Part shown: piece by piece, positions 9,271 through 19,006 of the stretch
Layout of the letters: each line of letters starts with the position of its first letter
How positions within the stretch are numbered: position 1 is the first letter of the stretch
IMG/VR virus record: IMGVR_UViG_3300020595_001672
Coordinates: 1-61,438 of that record
Strand: one strand, 5' to 3'
DNA from: a virus
Taxonomy: Duplodnaviria > Caudoviricetes
Length of the DNA: 61,438 nt
The notes under the pieces: model-generated
Databases searched by the model: none
What the model saw: the letters and a program-made list of their open reading frames with translations, nothing else
What the model was told of the DNA's origin: nothing
Position numbers and translations under genes: made by a program

Positions 9271-9926
9271 TGAATTTTACATTTGCTGCTATAGACACAG
9301 GAATAACACAGCAAGAAAAAGATCAAATGCTTGCTGAGGTGTTAGCGCTACCTGACGATATGCATCACTATAACAGTTTCCGTGGTTGTAGGATGATAGG
9401 CATATTTAACGGCGGCGGAAAACTCGGCGGCCGTAATGTAGCAGGTAACACAGCTAAAGGAACATTCCAATATACCCCAGCTGGTAATTTATGTCCTACT
9501 ATCCGACGTGTATGTGAGGAAAAGATTTTTCCTTTTATGGATCCTATAGGACGGGTAACTATTCTAAGAACTGCTCCTAACACAGGACTTGAAGTTCATC
9601 TCGACAGCACACCGGAAGAAATAGGAACCTTACAGCACAAGTACAGAACAGTACTAAACGGTAATATCGGCAAGCTCTACTTTCTTGATAAAGATTTAAA
9701 TAAGGTATATGTGCCTGAGTACTACGATACATACACAATGGACGGAAGTCATGCGCATAGTATCGATCCAGACCCTAATGAAAAAATAACTTTGTGTGTC
9801 GGCGCTCCGTGGAAAGGCGTAGCTACTGAAGAATATAATCAATTGTTGGCTAATGCTAAGTTTTCGTTTTCAGTTAGTAGGCCTAACACACTTGATACAT
9901 GGGTAGACCCGCACTTTAAAAAATGA
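9270..9926 (+). CDS. Putative Fe(II)/2OG oxygenase
   Basis: RVTILRT...VHLD...HAHSI...KITLCVG. Confidence 0.6.
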   Translation: MNFTFAAIDTGITQQEKDQMLAEVLALPDDMHHYNSFRGCRMIGIFNGGGKLGGRNVAGNTAKGTFQYTPAGNLCPTIRRVCEEKIFPFMDPIGRVTILRTAPNTGLEVHLDSTPEEIGTLQHKYRTVLNGNIGKLYFLDKDLNKVYVPEYYDTYTMDGSHAHSIDPDPNEKITLCVGAPWKGVATEEYNQLLANAKFSFSVSRPNTLDTWVDPHFKK

Positions 9927-10513
9927 AAATATTACACTTAGATGCTTACGAAGATAGATTTCTAAATTATTGTTCTGAGTTCTATACTGCCCGAGAAAAG
10001 AAATGGGACTGGTTTGACCCCAACTTGCCTTACAGTGTTGTAAACAGATACAAGCGATACCCGCATTGGTCTTTCTTAGTAGATAACAACGAAGATTTGA
10101 TAGCATTTAGTTGTGTTCAAACACACTTTTTTCCGAGTAACTGTGCTAGAGTTTTAACCCGTACTTACTATCATCCTTCGCACAGACGTGGGCATTTAGC
10201 GTATGAAACAAATACAAAAACTCCTGCTATGTATATGCTAGAAGATCAAATGAAGTACGTAAAAAATTTAAATATAGACCATTTGTTTTTTAGTGTAGAG
10301 TATCTAAGACGTAAAAGTTCAATAACCAACTTAGCAAAAAAACTTCATGGTAAATATAATGACGAATGGAAAGTGTTAGACGACTTATATCAAACTTATC
10401 CCCAAGACGATGATAAAAGAAGTTGGCAAGTAATATGCGTTCTTAGTAGAACTAGTAACACGTTTCCTTTAAAGAACCTAACAATAGACGAATGGAAAAA
10501 GATGTATGGCTGA
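9923..10513 (+). CDS. Putative GNAT-fold protein
   Basis: LIAFSC strand followed by RTYYHPSHRRG, resembling GNAT motif A. Confidence 0.4.
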   Translation: MKILHLDAYEDRFLNYCSEFYTAREKKWDWFDPNLPYSVVNRYKRYPHWSFLVDNNEDLIAFSCVQTHFFPSNCARVLTRTYYHPSHRRGHLAYETNTKTPAMYMLEDQMKYVKNLNIDHLFFSVEYLRRKSSITNLAKKLHGKYNDEWKVLDDLYQTYPQDDDKRSWQVICVLSRTSNTFPLKNLTIDEWKKMYG

Positions 10514-11159
10514 GAAGTGTTTAATTAAAAAAAGTAAAAAGAGAAGAGTTATTGGTGACAACGGCCCCCGCCGCTATGAACTCAAAGAATATGGCGTAAT
10601 TGATACTAATGTTCCGCAAGAGGTAATTGACGAAATTTTATCTATTGCTGGCTCTTATAACGGCAATGATCTCGGAGGCGACAACTATCAGATTTCTCAG
10701 CACTGCGACGTTAGTACAGCATTTACGGCATCGGTGGAGTATAAGCAGATTTTATTACAAAACTTAGATGCCGATGACGAAATAGACGAGACTGGATACA
10801 CTGCATGGCGTGATGATGTTGAGTGTAGTGCTATTAAAAAGTATTTAACTGAAACCTATAAACAACCGTATCGTGCCAGAGTAAGTGTACTACCCCCGGG
10901 TAATGATCTTAATTGGCACATTGATACTGATACTAGCGTATTGTGTAGAGCACAGATCCCAGCCTTTCACAAAGGAAGCATGTTTCAATGGAAAACAAAA
11001 ACAGGCGTTACTGAAGTAGAAATGGAACCCGGTAAAGCTTACTTTGTTAATACAGGATGGACGCATCGTGTAGAAAACCAATCTTCTAATGTGAGAATTG
11101 TTTTAATATTTGGCATTGATTACGAAAACATACCGGACAAAGCTAGTATTACAGCATGA
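10506..11159 (+). CDS. Fe(II)/2OG oxygenase, Asp/Asn beta-hydroxylase-like
   Basis: RARVSVLPPG...WHID...HRVEN...RIVLIF. Confidence 0.8.
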   Translation: MAEKCLIKKSKKRRVIGDNGPRRYELKEYGVIDTNVPQEVIDEILSIAGSYNGNDLGGDNYQISQHCDVSTAFTASVEYKQILLQNLDADDEIDETGYTAWRDDVECSAIKKYLTETYKQPYRARVSVLPPGNDLNWHIDTDTSVLCRAQIPAFHKGSMFQWKTKTGVTEVEMEPGKAYFVNTGWTHRVENQSSNVRIVLIFGIDYENIPDKASITA

Positions 11160-13063
11160 ATATATTAGTATCAAATCCAAGCTTACTTGAAAAGTCTTTG
11201 TACTTGCCTTATCTTTGGGCCAGGTTTAAGACATACATTGACTTGGATTTTGATAAAGAAGTAGACGTAAATTGGTTAAGGCCAATAACATCTTATGATG
11301 CTAGCGATTTAGATTTAACACAAAAAATTGACGTTTTAGCTCTTAGTTGTTATACTTGGAACTGGAAAAGAAATCTAAAATTAGCAGAAAAGGTTAAAGA
11401 AGTTTATCCTGACTGTATAGTAGTCGCCGGAGGACCGCATGTAGATTTTACTAACCCTAATGTATTTGAAAATACTGATATTGATGTAATATGTTATGCT
11501 GAAGGTGAAAAGGTTTTTGCTGAACTAGTATATGCGTTACAGAACAGCATAGATATTGACTCGGTGCCTGGAATAATTACCAAAGAAAATCCAACAAAAG
11601 AACGCCCAGTAGTTCCTAAGCTAGATCTTAGTACGTTGAGTAGTCCTTGGTTACATTGCCAAGCTGAGTTAGCAGCATACGCCGATGAGCTACGTAACCA
11701 AGATTGTAGAGTATGCGTGGCATTTGAAACTAATCGAGGATGTCCGTATAGCTGTTCCTTTTGTGATTGGGGTAGTGCCACTAACAGTAAACTTAAAAAG
11801 TTTAGAACAGATCTAGTATTAGAAGAAATCGAAGTCATGATGAACATGCGTCCTGACATGATTTTTATTACAGACGCAAATTACGGTGTATATAAAGAAG
11901 ACTTTGATTTTGTTAAAAAGCTTGTAGAGTGTAAAGAAAAAACACAACATGAAACGGCAGTAGTGCTAATGGCTGCTAAGAATAAGAAAACAGTGCTTGC
12001 GCAGTGTTACAGTGAGCTACAGAAAGCAGGAATGATTCAAGTAGCGCAGCTAGGAATACAACACACAGATCTTGAAGTTCTTAGCTTAATTGATCGAGAC
12101 AACATAAAGATGGAAGATAGTCTCTATCAAATGGAAGAAAGTTGGGAATACGGTGTTCCGTTAGTGCCGGCACTAATTGCTGGCAACCCAGGAGACACTA
12201 TAAACAAATGGAAAAAATGTCTCGGCGACATGGCAAGAATGGGATTTCATGAAGACATACGTGTACACGACTTTATGCTACTACCTAATGCTCCGGCAAT
12301 GTCCGAAGAGTACTTTACAAAATACAAATTGGGCATACTGAGTAAGCCCTACGCAGATCAACCTACAGATAGAATACTAGTAGAATCTAATTTCTTAGTT
12401 GAAAGCTTTTCGTACACTCGTGACGATTGGATTGAAATGCAGGTACTAAGTTATTTCTTTCAAGCCTGTCATGTCCTGAGTGTTACTAAGTTTGTGTCAA
12501 TGTTAGCTTATCACACTCTTGATATCGAATACGAAGATTTTTACGATTACATAAAAAATCTACCTGTAGTACAACAAATATTAAAACCTGTTTACGATTT
12601 ATTTAACAACTATATGTACGGTGACAGAACAAGTAAGTTTATTGAATATAAAAATCTAAAATTAACTGTTGAGAATTATATTTATTTACAGCTAATAGAT
12701 AATATTGACGAACTTTACGATCAGTTTAGTTTAGATCTAGGTGAATACACTGACAGTATTATCGAGTTTCAAAAGTTTGTAGTATTGAATATAAACAATC
12801 ATAAAGATTCTATAACAATTGATTATGATTTTCGTGACTATTTCAAGAACATATTGTTATTGCCTGCGTTTAAAAAATCACAAATACAGCCAACTAATAA
12901 AGTGTCTACGTATAAAAAAGACAAGAGAGTAGGCATGCACGGGTTTTTAGATACAAGTGCTATCGCAACAGTTGAGCAACTTAGTAAAAAGATTTTTAAG
13001 GTAATCTATAATCGAAGGCACAAGATGTTTTATCATTCGGGTGTATTTGACTATGACTACTAA
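11156..13063 (+). CDS. Cobalamin-binding (class B) radical SAM protein
   Basis: N-terminal B12-binding pattern LSCYTWN...VVAGGPH...EGE; ETNRGCPYSCSFCDWG. Confidence 0.9.
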   Translation: MNILVSNPSLLEKSLYLPYLWARFKTYIDLDFDKEVDVNWLRPITSYDASDLDLTQKIDVLALSCYTWNWKRNLKLAEKVKEVYPDCIVVAGGPHVDFTNPNVFENTDIDVICYAEGEKVFAELVYALQNSIDIDSVPGIITKENPTKERPVVPKLDLSTLSSPWLHCQAELAAYADELRNQDCRVCVAFETNRGCPYSCSFCDWGSATNSKLKKFRTDLVLEEIEVMMNMRPDMIFITDANYGVYKEDFDFVKKLVECKEKTQHETAVVLMAAKNKKTVLAQCYSELQKAGMIQVAQLGIQHTDLEVLSLIDRDNIKMEDSLYQMEESWEYGVPLVPALIAGNPGDTINKWKKCLGDMARMGFHEDIRVHDFMLLPNAPAMSEEYFTKYKLGILSKPYADQPTDRILVESNFLVESFSYTRDDWIEMQVLSYFFQACHVLSVTKFVSMLAYHTLDIEYEDFYDYIKNLPVVQQILKPVYDLFNNYMYGDRTSKFIEYKNLKLTVENYIYLQLIDNIDELYDQFSLDLGEYTDSIIEFQKFVVLNINNHKDSITIDYDFRDYFKNILLLPAFKKSQIQPTNKVSTYKKDKRVGMHGFLDTSAIATVEQLSKKIFKVIYNRRHKMFYHSGVFDYDY

Positions 13064-13739
13064 CTTATTAGAAGCACATTCGACTTGGTTCTTTCCGCCG
13101 ACTACTTTTAGTAACGTGTTAGAGAAGTTTAACAGTAAATTTTCTCAAGGTTCGTTGTCGGGGTTAGCTATTACAAGTCGCACAGGCGAAGTTAATAATG
13201 GCTTTGAGTTTGGATTAGGTATGCATTCTCTAAATGGTTATTGTATGGACTTTGCTAGAGAAAACAAAGCTTATCATTGGATTGAATATAACAAGCCTAC
13301 AGAAGTTTGCCAAGGAGCAATTTATGACTTGTATACGTTTCTCAAAGATCAGCAATTAAATCCTACACGATTACGTTTGAGTGCGTTACGTCCTAATAGT
13401 ACTATTCCTATACATAACGACGCAGTATGCAACACACAGTACTGTATGAAGTTACATATACCAGTTATAACAACTAACAACTGTGTTACTGTTATGGACA
13501 ACCAAGAGTTTGTTATGGAAGTAGGCAAGGCATATATGTTTAATGCTAATAGTCGGCACAGTGTTATTAATAACAGCAACAGTGTTAGGTGGCATTTTAT
13601 CTGTGACGTATATGACGAAAAAGGCAATTTTAGTTTCGGTAAATGTAGCAATTATAAATATCATATAGATATAGCAAGTAAATGGAGAAGAGCAGTAGAT
13701 GGCATTGACAATACAAAATATATACTCATCGATCAGTAA
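13053..13739 (+). CDS. Fe(II)/2OG oxygenase, Asp/Asn beta-hydroxylase-like
   Basis: RLRLSAL...IHND...LHIPVIT...HSVIN...RWHFI; ATG 13053 preferred to GTG 13041. Confidence 0.8.
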   Translation: MTTNLLEAHSTWFFPPTTFSNVLEKFNSKFSQGSLSGLAITSRTGEVNNGFEFGLGMHSLNGYCMDFARENKAYHWIEYNKPTEVCQGAIYDLYTFLKDQQLNPTRLRLSALRPNSTIPIHNDAVCNTQYCMKLHIPVITTNNCVTVMDNQEFVMEVGKAYMFNANSRHSVINNSNSVRWHFICDVYDEKGNFSFGKCSNYKYHIDIASKWRRAVDGIDNTKYILIDQ

Positions 13740-14514
13740 GAAAGAAATATTAAATATCGCAAAAGAAAACGGCTTTTGGGCCTTGCGTGATATTGAATTT
13801 ACAAGAGATGAGTTTTTAGATTTTTGTAAGTATATAGGCACAGTGTGGCCAGGGCATCTACACGAGCTTCATACTGAATCGTACGATGACGATGGGGTTG
13901 TTGATTGGTCAAGTAATACACGTTTTAAGTCTCTTAGTATACCATGGCACGCCGATAATCCGTGGAATAAACATTATCAATTTCCTATCCGAGTGTTCGG
14001 AGCAGTTACTATACCGGATCCAAAAGATGGTCCTCTAGAGTTTTTAAATCAAGGTAAATGGTTTAGTAATTTACCTGAGGATCGTAAAGAGTATTTTCGT
14101 TCGCTCAGAGTACTAACTGAAGACTATAAAGGTGCGTGCCAGCCTTACTGGTCTAGCTTTGTAAAAAAGCATCCGATTACTGGTAATGAAAGTTTATTTT
14201 GGGGATCGATGGTTGTTCATACTGATACTTACGGATTAGCACCCGACGAAGGGCATCGTTTTAATCACTTTGCGTCAACTATGGCTATTATAAAGCCTTC
14301 TAGAGAAATTGTATCAGATGAAGAAATTTCTTCATGGTTTGAAGAAATGTTAAAGGACTATTACTCGATATGGGAATTTCGTGAAAAAGATCTATTAGTA
14401 ATGGATAACTGGGATCACTTTCATTATAGAAGAACACTAACACACAAGAATGAAAGACTGTTATTTAGAAAAACAGTATTACAGCCATGGCAAAAGATTA
14501 TTGGTACACAGTAA
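13699..14514 (+). CDS. TauD/TfdA family dioxygenase
   Basis: WHAD, KKHPITGNESLF, DLLVMDNWDHFHYR. Confidence 0.85.
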   Translation: MALTIQNIYSSISKKEILNIAKENGFWALRDIEFTRDEFLDFCKYIGTVWPGHLHELHTESYDDDGVVDWSSNTRFKSLSIPWHADNPWNKHYQFPIRVFGAVTIPDPKDGPLEFLNQGKWFSNLPEDRKEYFRSLRVLTEDYKGACQPYWSSFVKKHPITGNESLFWGSMVVHTDTYGLAPDEGHRFNHFASTMAIIKPSREIVSDEEISSWFEEMLKDYYSIWEFREKDLLVMDNWDHFHYRRTLTHKNERLLFRKTVLQPWQKIIGTQ

Positions 14515-14966
14515 CTAGATTTCGTAAAGACGAAGCATACTTTCGTGATTACATAACAAATGAAGATAAGAGATTTCAAACTGGTCCGGGAGCAGGCCTT
14601 GGTGAAGATTTCTGGAAAGCATACGCAGCAGCATACAATCGTGCAAAAACTTTAGGCGACATAATTATACGAGCCAAGGTAATTAATCAGCGGTCAATAC
14701 TAAGCATATATCATATATGGAAAGATAGAGAAGCACTAGATCGTTTTGAAAATACAGTAAATCCTGAATTATTTTTAAAAACACTAACGCCTAAGTTTGA
14801 AATATCGCAGTTTCAGTGTGCAATAGACGAAGAAAGAAAAAACAAAATCTTTCAGCTAATAGTAACACAGAATAAAAAAATATTACAGGTAGTAAGAGAA
14901 GATCACCGACAATCAGGAATGACTATCGGTGATCCGTTAAAATATCCTACGCTGTTTGTACACTAA
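14487..14966 (+). CDS. Hypothetical protein, possibly ABM/Dabb-like
   Basis: Last gene of the + strand run; HIWKDREALDRF resembles the ABM WxxxEA motif. Confidence 0.4.
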   Translation: MAKDYWYTVTRFRKDEAYFRDYITNEDKRFQTGPGAGLGEDFWKAYAAAYNRAKTLGDIIIRAKVINQRSILSIYHIWKDREALDRFENTVNPELFLKTLTPKFEISQFQCAIDEERKNKIFQLIVTQNKKILQVVREDHRQSGMTIGDPLKYPTLFVH

Positions 14967-16233
14967 CCCAAGCGTTGTTCTTGTAAGCTTGAAGATCGTG
15001 CAGGCTTGTTATGTAGCACAACATGCCGTTTTGTGGCGAAGTAATAGCAGCATCACGTGCCGAAGCATCAGCAAATGTCGGTAACTGAAAGCTAGTACTA
15101 GTGGACAATGTAGCAAAGCTACCAGATTGAGTCTCAGCATTAATAATTACAGTTGAATCGTCTGCCTTAATATCAGCATTCACAGAAGCAGCAGTAATAT
15201 CGCTAGTAATTACAGCACTACCAACTACGTGAAGTTTTTCGGTAGCGTCTTCAAGACCAATGCCAAGATTGCCGTCTTTAAACACCATATAGTCTAGTGG
15301 ATCACTAAACGAGCTAGAAGTGTTAGTAGCAAAGTAAAGGCCTCTTCTTCTACCAGATATCAAGCTAGTAATAGCAGTGCCACCGCTGTCATCTCTACCA
15401 AAATACATAGAACCGTAGTATACACTATCATCAGCACTGATATCAGAATCGCTAGTGTGTAGTAGATTTACAACACCTCTTTCGTCGTTGCCTTGTATAG
15501 TAGTAGTTGTACGACCGGCACCGACAGATTCAATCGAAAGGGCGCCGCCTGGCGTATTAATTTGACTTGTGGTAATTTGTCCATTAGTAGCATCAACGAG
15601 CAAACTACTATCATCAGCAAATACACTACCGGTTAAGTCACCAACAAACGGACCGTATGAAATGCCAGTAATACCGTCGATTTTAAGTGTACTATCGTCG
15701 GAGTATACACTACCTACAACGTCGCCGGCATTAGCAGCAGCACCAGCTTCCCAACGACTCTGTGTACCGTTCCACACAAGTGCGTCACCGTCGGTAGGCA
15801 CGCTGTTATGTACGTTGCCAATGTCACCGATTGCGTTAGGCGCAAGATTTACTTTTCCACTTACACCGTCGATTAGTATAGTACTATCGTCAGCAGCAAA
15901 CGTACCTTTAAAGCTACCAGTAGCAAGGCCAACTGTTGCTGCTGTAAAGTTACCACTAGCAGCGCTTACAACGCCCGTAGCGGTAATGTTACCGCTATTG
16001 CTAATGTTACCTACTCCGGTAATATTATTACTATTTAGGTCTAAGGTGCCGCCTAGTTGCGGTGTTGTGTCTTCTGCTAAGTCATTAATACCAGTATCGG
16101 CTTTTGTGCCGCCGACTGTAGTACCGTCGCCGACATAAAGTAATTTTGTGTCAGTGGTATATATTAATTCACCTACCGCAGGTGTAATTGCCAAACGTTC
16201 AGCATCTGTGCCACGTCTAATCTGTAAAGCCAT
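14947..16233 (-). CDS. Tail fibre/virion appendage protein with Mtd_N-like N-terminus
   Basis: ALQIRRGT...GELIYTTDTKLLYVGDG; DTTPQLGGTLD; DDS repeats; late promoter upstream. Confidence 0.8.
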   Translation of the reverse strand: MALQIRRGTDAERLAITPAVGELIYTTDTKLLYVGDGTTVGGTKADTGINDLAEDTTPQLGGTLDLNSNNITGVGNISNSGNITATGVVSAASGNFTAATVGLATGSFKGTFAADDSTILIDGVSGKVNLAPNAIGDIGNVHNSVPTDGDALVWNGTQSRWEAGAAANAGDVVGSVYSDDSTLKIDGITGISYGPFVGDLTGSVFADDSSLLVDATNGQITTSQINTPGGALSIESVGAGRTTTTIQGNDERGVVNLLHTSDSDISADDSVYYGSMYFGRDDSGGTAITSLISGRRRGLYFATNTSSSFSDPLDYMVFKDGNLGIGLEDATEKLHVVGSAVITSDITAASVNADIKADDSTVIINAETQSGSFATLSTSTSFQLPTFADASARDAAITSPQNGMLCYITSLHDLQAYKNNAWVSVQTA

Positions 16234-16262
16234 TGATAACTCCCGAGTATATCTCTATACTG

Positions 16263-16270
16263 TATTTATC
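16263..16270 (-). promoter_or_regulatory. Late promoter GATAAATA
   Basis: Same motif precedes - strand genes at 20832, 38569, 44364, 50803, 52593 and 59478; TATAAATA at 17443. Confidence 0.7.
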
Positions 16271-16274
16271 AACT

Positions 16275-16583
16275 TTACTTACGTTTCTTCAAAAAGATCG
16301 TAGTTCTTTTTTCGATGTCTGCTTTGATTTTGTCCATGTCAACGTTGAAATTAAGAGATTCTATGGAATCTTCGTATTCTTCATACAAATCTTCCATAGC
16401 TTGCTCGAGGTCATCGGAATTGCTATATTGATTAACGTCAATTAACCATACTTTTCCGTCGATAAAAGTAACCTTAATTTGCTTTACATAATCCGTTGGT
16501 ATAGATTCAATATGAAGATCATCTAGTATTTCAGGCCAGCTTTGTACAGTATGATCTTCAAATTGTTTATGTTTATTCTTCAC
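16275..16583 (-). CDS. Hypothetical protein
   Basis: ORF in operon; GTG 16583 avoids a long overlap. Confidence 0.6.
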   Translation of the reverse strand: MKNKHKQFEDHTVQSWPEILDDLHIESIPTDYVKQIKVTFIDGKVWLIDVNQYSNSDDLEQAMEDLYEEYEDSIESLNFNVDMDKIKADIEKRTTIFLKKRK

Positions 16584-17184
16584 TGGCGTTCTTAAGTCTG
16601 TCAGTGATTTCCTTAGCTTGTGCTCTAAGAACCTTTGCTTCTTTAAACATAGCATCCGCTTGTGAACGATACTGAGAAGCTAACTGTTCGTCAGTGAGCG
16701 CACCGTCTTGTGCTGCTGCTTGAACAGGAGCAGGCGCTGGATCTACGTATGCGTCTACTGGATCTGCTGCTTCAGCAACAGGAGCAGCAGGCTTACCGCT
16801 AGGGTCTTTAAGAGCAAGGTCAGCTACAGTGACACCTTTTTGTTGAGCAATAGTATTGTTAAGCTCAACAAGATCAATTACAGTGCGAGTGTCAGGGGTC
16901 ATCTCAACCTGATCAGCTGTTACTTTAATCATCTTACCAGTAGTATGAAAGCCTGCGAGCATTACACGTCCGTCCGGCAAACGGGTACGTGCCATTGCTT
17001 CAGCAAGCTCGTAAGACTCTTGACCAGCTGCGCTTTCGACTAGCTTAATTAAAGCATCGTGTTCTTCGGCTAGTAGTGTTTCGGTTGGCACTACAACAGC
17101 TTCGTTGTCTGTACCGGGGACAACACGATATGCTACGATACACTTCTTTTGGGTCTTCTTAATTCGACCTACATGCTTTAGCAT
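16573..17184 (-). CDS. Hypothetical protein
   Basis: ATG 17184 (MLKHVG) with GGAG upstream. Confidence 0.7.
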   Translation of the reverse strand: MLKHVGRIKKTQKKCIVAYRVVPGTDNEAVVVPTETLLAEEHDALIKLVESAAGQESYELAEAMARTRLPDGRVMLAGFHTTGKMIKVTADQVEMTPDTRTVIDLVELNNTIAQQKGVTVADLALKDPSGKPAAPVAEAADPVDAYVDPAPAPVQAAAQDGALTDEQLASQYRSQADAMFKEAKVLRAQAKEITDRLKNASEE

Positions 17185-17185
17185 A

Positions 17186-17413
17186 TTATTCTCCAGTTTC
17201 TTCAGCAGTATCTTCGTCAGCTGACTGAGGTTGAGCTGCTTGCTCGGCAGCAACAGCTTCGAAGAACTTGGTTAGTTTGTTGTATAATTGACCAGCGGCG
17301 ATTTGCTCATCGCCTGGTTCAAAGGCAGCTCGCTTTGAAGCTAGACCGATTAACTGACGTACGATATTTAGATCGTTCACAGTTAGTTCAATGTTACTAT
17401 TTTCTTCCGTCAT
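17186..17413 (-). CDS. Hypothetical protein
   Basis: AGGAG ribosome site; TATAAATA at 17443-17450. Confidence 0.7.
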   Translation of the reverse strand: MTEENSNIELTVNDLNIVRQLIGLASKRAAFEPGDEQIAAGQLYNKLTKFFEAVAAEQAAQPQSADEDTAEETGE

Positions 17414-17441
17414 TTTAAACTCCTATTGTTGACAGTATAAA

Positions 17442-17702
17442 TTATTTATAAGCTAACAAAAAGTAGCTCATCTCTTTTGGCTGCTCAAACGCTACTATTA
17501 TTCTGTCAAAAGCTAATGATTTTATATAGTAGCGCCCGTGTGTATTTTGTAGAATCCAGTCTTCGATATTAGCTTCTGTTTCGTATGTAGCAGTGTCTTT
17601 GGCTATATCAGATCGTTCAAAGTGTTCGGGAAGAAAGAACACTTTTCTAATCCCGAACAATTCAAGAGCATTTGGCTTAATGTGTATCTTACGCTTCTTC
17701 AT
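17442..17702 (-). CDS. Hypothetical protein
   Basis: ORF coupled to the upstream gene. Confidence 0.6.
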   Translation of the reverse strand: MKKRKIHIKPNALELFGIRKVFFLPEHFERSDIAKDTATYETEANIEDWILQNTHGRYYIKSLAFDRIIVAFEQPKEMSYFLLAYK

Positions 17703-18930
17703 ATCGTGTAGTCACCCCAAACGGAGCTTGCATGTCCTTATCATAGTTACTGTGTAAAACAAATACAGTGTCACAGTAAGTTTCGTCACCCCAACTACCC
17801 CAGCAATAGCCGTCTGTAAACATAATAAACTTCTTAGGCTCAATACCTTCTTCTTTCATAAAGTCCCAATTGGCCATAAAGTCAGTACCGCCGCCGCCGG
17901 CTGCTTCGTACTCAGTAAGGTCGCCGTTGTGAGCAGTAAACTCTTCTAAATTATAAACTTTGGTATCAAAACACCAAACTTTTACATTGTAATCGTTATA
18001 CTGATCCATAATACTTTGAACCTCGCCGAGGAAGTCCATAAGTTGCTCATTGCTGATACTACCACTAGTATCAAGCGCAATACATACATCAATAGTTTCT
18101 TCGTTTACAGTACCTGGAAGAACTACGCCGTATTGTGACTTGCGTGACGGACGAGAAAAGCTATAATCGTTCTTTACAGTGCTTTGAATCTGCTGTTGGA
18201 GAATCTCACGCCAGTTCATCTTAGGTTCAGTGAACAGTTTAATAATACGTGCTACTTCTCCGGGCGTTTTGCCAGCACCAGCGGCTTGCGCTGCTGACAA
18301 CATACTCTCTTTGACCTGATCCTTGATCTGCTTCAGCTCTTCTTTTGTATACGTAGGGCCGTTTTGATCATCGCCGCCGTGCTCGCTATTTTCAAGATCC
18401 AAGTGTTCGTCGAGCATTTCGCCGAGTTCACTAATGTCAATCTTATCAGCCTGTTCGTAAAGGTCGTCGTATACTTGTTCACTAGTCCATCCTTCGTACT
18501 TGAAGTCTTGGAAACAATCTACCAGCTTCGGCTTTGCGCCGATTTTATCACGGACAAGGATGTTGTTTACAATGTAGTCAGCAGCAATATTATACAATTT
18601 AGGATCACGATCGTTACGACGGCCTAGGTGATCGAATACACAGTGCAGAATCTCGTGAGCAATAACAAACTCAATTTCTGCGTTATCCATAGCATTGAAG
18701 AATTCTGCGTTAAAGTACAGGTTGCGTCCGTCGACAGCCGCAGTAGGCAGCCAATCGTTAGCTGCTTTTACCTTAAGACGAGTAGCCATGTTACCGAAGA
18801 ATGGGTGCTTTAGTAACAGTCCAACACGAGCAACTGTGATACGATCAAAGACATCAGCTGTCATACGATCTAGCTCTTCTGGAGTAATGTCTGGGTTAGG
18901 TTGCCAATTCTTTTTACCGTCGACGCTCAT
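17689..18930 (-). CDS. Metallopeptidase-VWA protein (DUF2201-like)
   Basis: HEILH (HExxH); DTSGS MIDAS motif, GGGTDF, FTDG. Confidence 0.85.
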   Translation of the reverse strand: MSVDGKKNWQPNPDITPEELDRMTADVFDRITVARVGLLLKHPFFGNMATRLKVKAANDWLPTAAVDGRNLYFNAEFFNAMDNAEIEFVIAHEILHCVFDHLGRRNDRDPKLYNIAADYIVNNILVRDKIGAKPKLVDCFQDFKYEGWTSEQVYDDLYEQADKIDISELGEMLDEHLDLENSEHGGDDQNGPTYTKEELKQIKDQVKESMLSAAQAAGAGKTPGEVARIIKLFTEPKMNWREILQQQIQSTVKNDYSFSRPSRKSQYGVVLPGTVNEETIDVCIALDTSGSISNEQLMDFLGEVQSIMDQYNDYNVKVWCFDTKVYNLEEFTAHNGDLTEYEAAGGGGTDFMANWDFMKEEGIEPKKFIMFTDGYCWGSWGDETYCDTVFVLHSNYDKDMQAPFGVTTRYEEA

Positions 18931-18940
18931 TGCATCCTCC

Positions 18941-18998
18941 TTGTTTATTAACTGTATATATAATACAACAAAGCGCCCGACATGTCAAGCGCTTTGTT
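18941..18998 (-). promoter_or_regulatory. Sigma70-type promoter overlapped by a terminator-like hairpin
   Basis: TTGACA (18983-18988)-17-TATTAT (18960-18965); 10-bp inverted repeat 18967-18976/18989-18998. Confidence 0.75.
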
Positions 18999-19006
18999 TA
19001 GTATTA

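Noticed and set aside
15569-16138. Long antisense ORFs here and at 46675-47076, 50395-50802, 51065-51559 and 54331-54948
   Set aside because: Shadows of codon bias in well-supported genes on the opposite strand.
14947-16233. Diversity-generating retroelement suggested by the Mtd-like N-terminus
   Set aside because: No reverse transcriptase and no template/variable repeat pair differing at adenines was seen in the window.
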